This document shows, one piece after another, positions 58,951 through 64,000 of a stretch of 64,000 nt of DNA. The translations under genes and the position numbers were made by a program. The stretch comes from Selaginella moellendorffii (Eukaryota; Plantae; Lycopodiophyta), in NCBI RefSeq assembly GCF_000143415.4, contig NW_003314267.1, positions 2,198,932 to 2,262,931 of the forward strand, in the 5' to 3' direction. Every line of letters begins with the position of its first letter. Position 1 is the stretch's first letter. The notes below the pieces were generated by a model. That model made no database searches, had not been told where the DNA came from, and saw only the letters and a program-made list of their open reading frames with translations.

Positions 58951-59799
58951 AGAGATTCTTTGTTAAGGAAACATTCTTGTTGTGAGCGCCGAGGATGTCA
59001 AAAGTGGTGTGGGATTTGACGTTTCTGGACGTCGAGACAAGCCTCCGGGAAAAGACGCTCCACAAACTGCAGGGTGTGCAGATACCACGCCTCGTCCAGT
59101 GGGGTTTCTTGTGTGGAACGATGATGACCAGCGACGAAGGTTGTACACCTCTTGGTAGCTACTTCACGTTGACGGTGCGAGACGTGCAAGAGTCTCATCC
59201 TGTCGCCTAGTAAGATCCTCCTCGGAAGCGCCAGTCTTTCTGGGTTGATCATGAGCGCTCGGGAGGAGGCTGCCACCGGCAGTCGTACAGAAATGATCGG
59301 GAGGTTGACATGTAGTCCTTTGATGACAATGTAAATGAAAAGATTGCTTGTAAAAGAAAAACTATAATATATTAATTTTAATCTTTATTCAAAGTGGTGC
59401 AATTTTTGTTTGCAAATTTATCATATTAGAGTGATAAAAGATAATTGTTTATTGAATATTTGGTGGCTATCACATAGATATACTTGAGGTGCTAGCAAGC
59501 AATCATGGCAGTGCTGGTTTGGAAAGTGGAGGTGGCAAAGTGGAGCAAATAAGCATCCTTTCTAGTTGCACAGTTTCAATACATTCTATTTAGCCATTTG
59601 ACTTGAAGAACACTCATTTTTTACTGGCAGGTTTTTCCTTAAGTCTTAATTTATTAATATACTTTAAAAAGATATTAATAGTATTTTAAATTATAAATCT
59701 ACAAGAATAAAACGATAAGTATGGTAAAAAGTTCTATGTAACACAACTTGCGTGCTCATTGGCTGGAGCGAGGTAAGATGGAACCTGGCACGTGTTTAG

Positions 59800-60680
59800 G
59801 GTGTGCTTGTGTGTGAGAAGCATTCACTTCACCCATTTGTGTTCCCAGGTGTTGGCGCAACCACAACTGCCAAAGTGGCTCTGTTAATTGGAAAGATTTC
59901 CCTTCATAGTTTTAGGGTGGAGAAAGGTGAATCAGTGGAGTTTAGCCAGGGAATTGAAAATGACGGGCATGAAACCTGATTGGATGGAGGTGGAGTATGG
60001 GCCTTACGGCATCCAGAGCTGGAGCAAGCCTTCAACACGGCCAGAACCATCAGAGAGTTCAGCTCTAGTCCCTGTTCTTTTGTGAGAAAGAACAAGCTCA
60101 AGACGAGTTCTTCCTCGCGGTCCTCTAAGTATCCCATCATCAAGGCAGTCCACGAGACAACGCCGTGATATCTCATCCTGTCCAAAGCTTTGCAAGTGTC
60201 CACTTGCAATGTGTATCAACCAAGATGTTCCTCAAAGCCATAGCTTGGAAACCCATCCACTGCTCACGGCTCGAGCATGGAGATCCATTGTCTTCTCTAG
60301 AGCCAAAACTTTGACAAGCTTCCCATCGAGCTCCTCGCCTTCTTCTTAAGCCACCAAGCCCGGGCAAGTCCTGAAAGCAGCGGCTCAGCTCACATCATCC
60401 GCTACACAGGCGCCTCGTTCAGCTCTATCCTATCCACAAACTTGAGAGCTAAATCTTCCTGCCCGTTCTCTGGATATCCTAGCATCAGAGTGTTCCAGAA
60501 GAGAAGCATAGCACACACCATGGCATCAAAGATCTTGCAAGCTTCTGCCATGTCTCCACACCTGGAGTACATGTTGATAAAGCTATTTGCCCCCAAGGGA
60601 CCCTACCTCTCCATGAAGCCTCTTCCCCTCTTGCAAGTCTCTTGAGATGCTGCATTCTTTCAATGCAGGGTACCCTGGTT
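59800..60680 (-). pseudogene. Decayed PPR gene of the same subfamily as 20183-23260
   Basis: Frameshifted pieces ALKECSISRDLQEGKRLH, MYSRCGDMAEACKIFDAM, DGKLVKVLALEKTMDLH and VVSWTALMMGY. Confidence 0.75.
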
Positions 60681-61740
60681 TCATGCTAAACTGTGATTTT
60701 AAACACCAAGAAACAAAAACAAGAATTGAGAAGAAAAAGCAACAGATCAATTGACCTTTCGAAGAAGATCTGGATAGCAAGCGTGCCCCATGCACACGAA
60801 GTGATGTCATTTTCTAGCTGGATCCTATGACAGCTGGACTCTTCCTTGCCTGGTGATTGGTTCAGGCTCTTGATTGGCAAACCGGGCACCACAGCCTGGA
60901 AAAGGCATGCCAGTCCTCTGCTATGTTTATAGATAGAGATAAGGTGCAATTGCTTTGGAAGGACTGGAGCTCTTCAGCAAGTTCCAACCCAAGTGCTCCA
61001 CCAAGAGTGATTAGCATTGGTGCATTTTGTAAATTCCAGCAGTGGAAATTTGGATTTGAGGCAACCAAAACCATATATGGTAAATGCATTACTATTTTGT
61101 GATCATAGCTAACTTCTTGGAGCATGATGCAAGAGCTGAGCAATTGCCACAGCCACTACAACTTAGTTTTTCTAGAATGTCCAGTACCTTAATAAACACT
61201 AAGCTATGGTCATAAGTGAGGAGCCTGTGGCCGTGGATCGTGATATCGACGCTGCTGCCTGGAAGTTCGAGCAAGAAAACAGTAATATAATAAGGTGATA
61301 ACATTATAGTATTGAAGCAAGCATTATAGTTTAGATATTCTACCATATTAGGAAATTTAATAAATTATAAACATGATTACAAATATATAAGACTAATTTA
61401 AATGAATACCAACCATGCTTAGTATATTTTAGTTTATTCTAGAAATAAGATTAATCTTGTATTAAAATTATGAACATGTTTATAATTATTGAAAACTGGA
61501 TTAAAAAATAAAAATAAACAAGAATAAAACTACTATTAAGAAAACTAAATATTGTTGCATGGAGAATGGACTTAACACTATTTTGTACAATTTGAACCCG
61601 TCATGCTCTTTTAAGCACAGGTAATGTTTGTCTAAAATCACCGCCAGATTATTTTCATGAGTAGCAAAAAATATAATTAGAAGAAAGATATTAAGAAAGA
61701 AACTTTTTAATAATTGTCCGTGAGCCCTGTAGCGGTGGTA

Positions 61741-62706
61741 ACAATCCACCACGCTTCTCTGCAAGTTCACGCCCTCGTTCTAAGCTCCTGAGTTTGGACT
61801 TCCCGGGAGGTCACCCAGCCCAGTACTATTTAAACCCAAGGACGCTTAACCCCAAATATCCCAAGACCCTTAACCAATTGGAAAAGGGGGTGCACTCTTG
61901 TTCATGGGCCCTTTCCCTCTATATTTGAATCCCATGGATCGTCTCTCAAGTCGTTCCCTTTGGTTGCTTACAATCCACCATGTTTCCCTGCAAGTTCACG
62001 CCCTCGTGAACGGAAGCTGAGAGCCGCAGCTCTCCCGAGAGCCCCGCTCTCTTGACACCCTACCCCTTGGGTCGAGCCCAGCAGGAACAAACTGGACCAG
62101 CCAGATGTCAATCAACATGTGGTGTGATTCCCTTAGCCAACCAACAGAGTCAAACCCGAGACCGCTCTGATACCAAATTGGAAAAGGGGGTGCACTCTTG
62201 TTCATGGGCCCTTTCCCTCTATATTTGAACCCCATGGATCGTCTCTCAAGTCGTTCCTTTTGGTTGCTTACACTCGTGAACGGAAGCTGAGAGCCGCAGC
62301 TCTCCCGAGAGCTCCGCTCTCTTGACACCCTACCCCTCGGGTCGAGCCCAGCGGGAGCAAACTGGACCAGCCAGATGTCAATCAACATGTGGTGTGATTC
62401 CCTTAGCCAACCAACAGAGTCAGACCCGAGACCGCTCCGATACCAACAGAGTCAGACCCGAGACCGCTCCGATACCAACAGAGTCAGACCCGAGACCGCT
62501 CCGATACCAAATGTAAGCTCCTGAGTTTGGACTTCCCGGGAGGTCACCCAGCCCAGTACTATTCAAACCCAAGGACGCTTAACCCCAAATATCCCAAGAC
62601 CCTTAACCGATTGGAAAAGGGGGTGCACTCTTGTTCATGGGCCCTTTCCCTCTATATTTGAACCCCTATGGATCGTCTCTCGAGTCGTTCCCTTTGGTTG
62701 CTTACA
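61741..62706 (-). mobile_element. Rearranged tandem array of the Cassandra-like TRIM
   Basis: LTRs at ~61781-61972 and 62512-62706, partial LTR at ~62178-62272, two internal regions and a fragment of a third. Confidence 0.88.
62414..62509. repeat. Three perfect 32-bp tandem repeats, each containing the TRIM primer-binding site
   Basis: ACAGAGTCAGACCCGAGACCGCTCCGATACCA x3; the minus strand of each unit starts TGGTATCGGAGC. Confidence 0.92.
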
Positions 62707-63303
62707 GCAGTGTTGGTTGGATAAACGAGGTAAGTTGGCAAATTAGAAAGGAAAAATTTGTGGCTTACACTTTCTAGTTTCCTAAATTTGATATAAATAC
62801 ATAATAAAAAAACTTATAAGTTTTAGTAAATGAATAAATTATAGCAATATTTTAAATTTAACATAAATTATAATTAATTTATCATAAAAAGTATAAATTT
62901 TTATATATATTTTGTATTGTTTTGATTTATGTATCATTTCATGATAATCATTCATAAAGTTTTATTTGGGCTATTAAATTACTATATAAAATTATATTGA
63001 TTTTATATTTTATATTAATATTCAACTTTTCATGGCTTTTGAGAATATAAAAATTTTATGTTGCCAACTAAAATTCTTCGCTGATTGTTCAGTAACAATT
63101 TATATATGTATAGTGCTAGTTATTATTTATATTGAAAATAGAATAATAATATAACATATATTTTAACCAATGCAATTTAAAAACTTCATATTTAAAAAAT
63201 ATAATAGTAATATTTACCATTAAGCTTTTTAAATTTAGCTTTATATATGAATAACTGGCTGGGGGTTTTATAGTTAGGGTTAGGGCTTTATGGTGGAGCG
63301 AGG

Positions 63304-64000
63304 ATGGCAACAGCAGCAGCGGGCGAGTACCACAAGAAGCGCAAGCGCGGCAAGAACTGGAGCAACCAGGAGGCGATCCTCCTAATCGAGGCCAAGGACG
63401 CCACCAGCCGCGAAGGTATGGGCGCCTCGGCCAAGTGGCAAGCCGTGGCGGATCACCTCGAGAGCCAGGGCGTGCTGCGCGACGTGGAGCAGTGCCGCAG
63501 CAAATGGGAGAACATGCTGGGCGACTACCGCTCCATCCTGGAGCACGAGAGGCGCGGCTCCTCCTCCTACTTCGCGCTCACCAAGGAGCAAAAGAAGGAC
63601 CTCCGGCTGCCCGCCAAGTTCTCGCAGGATATGTTCCAGCTGCTCCAGCGCACCGTGACGCGCGGCGAGGCGGACATGGACGCTCTCCCCGTCGTCAATG
63701 CCGCGGCTCCTTTCGTCCCCGGGGATAGCTTCTCCAGCGAGGAGGTGCCGGGGCCGGGAGAGACGCCATCGCTCCTCCAGTTCCGCGAGGTTGGATCATC
63801 CGGGACTGGTGCTACTGCTACTGCTACCGCCGATCCCAATCCTCCAGCTCCTCATGCTGCTACTCCGAATGCTGCTGCTGCTACTGCGACCACCAAGAGG
63901 AAGCTTAGATCGATCGCTGCGGAGCCGGGGAGTGGATCGTTTGAGCTGGTTGCCAAGGCCATCTCCGAGTCCCAGGAGAAGATCCTGGCGTTTTTGCAAG
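63304..64000 (+). CDS. Trihelix (Myb/SANT-like, ASR3-type) transcription factor, runs off the right edge
   Basis: MATAAAGEYHKKRKRGKNWSNQEAILLIEAK...KWQAVADHL...QCRSKWENMLGDYR...SYFALTKEQKKDLRLP; open to the window end, so absent from the ORF track. Confidence 0.88.
   Translation, partial: MATAAAGEYHKKRKRGKNWSNQEAILLIEAKDATSREGMGASAKWQAVADHLESQGVLRDVEQCRSKWENMLGDYRSILEHERRGSSSYFALTKEQKKDLRLPAKFSQDMFQLLQRTVTRGEADMDALPVVNAAAPFVPGDSFSSEEVPGPGETPSLLQFREVGSSGTGATATATADPNPPAPHAATPNAAAATATTKRKLRSIAAEPGSGSFELVAKAISESQEKILAFLQ

Noticed and set aside
58963-59300. GC-richer ORF fragments upstream of the PPR gene
   Set aside because: No recognisable motif or consistent frame.
60690-61350. Short ORFs between the PPR pseudogene and the TRIM array
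   Set aside because: No domain similarity that I can support.
62414-62509. CRISPR-like 32-bp repeats
   Set aside because: No spacers, no cas genes, eukaryotic context; the unit is TRIM PBS sequence.

Overview
Plant nuclear DNA. Very short introns, tight intergenic spacing and abundant PLS-class PPR genes suggest a lycophyte such as Selaginella (inference). Genes: a MINIYO/RPAP1-like gene running off the left edge, four paralogous 2-oxoglutarate/Fe(II) dioxygenases, an OEP80/Toc75-V Omp85 gene plus two truncated copies, a nucleoredoxin plus a scrambled copy, two intact and two decayed PPR genes, a PWI-domain pseudogene, two tRNA-Ile(AAT) genes, two tRNA-like pseudogenes, and a trihelix transcription factor running off the right edge. 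The centre (about 25.2-53.2 kb) is a tandem amplification of a head-to-head dioxygenase/OEP80 unit carrying nested transposons; paralogous empty sites define several of their boundaries. Mobile elements: a full-length Ty3/gypsy element with a phased GGGAAAC slippery site and H-type pseudoknot between gag and pol; a decayed Tat-like element; Cassandra-like 5S-bearing TRIMs (one single, one rearranged array with a triplicated PBS); another TRIM; solo LTRs; a non-autonomous LTR element; and a long-TIR Mutator-like element whose transposase remnant resembles the plant SWIM-finger gene family. There is one assembly gap (32845-33610).
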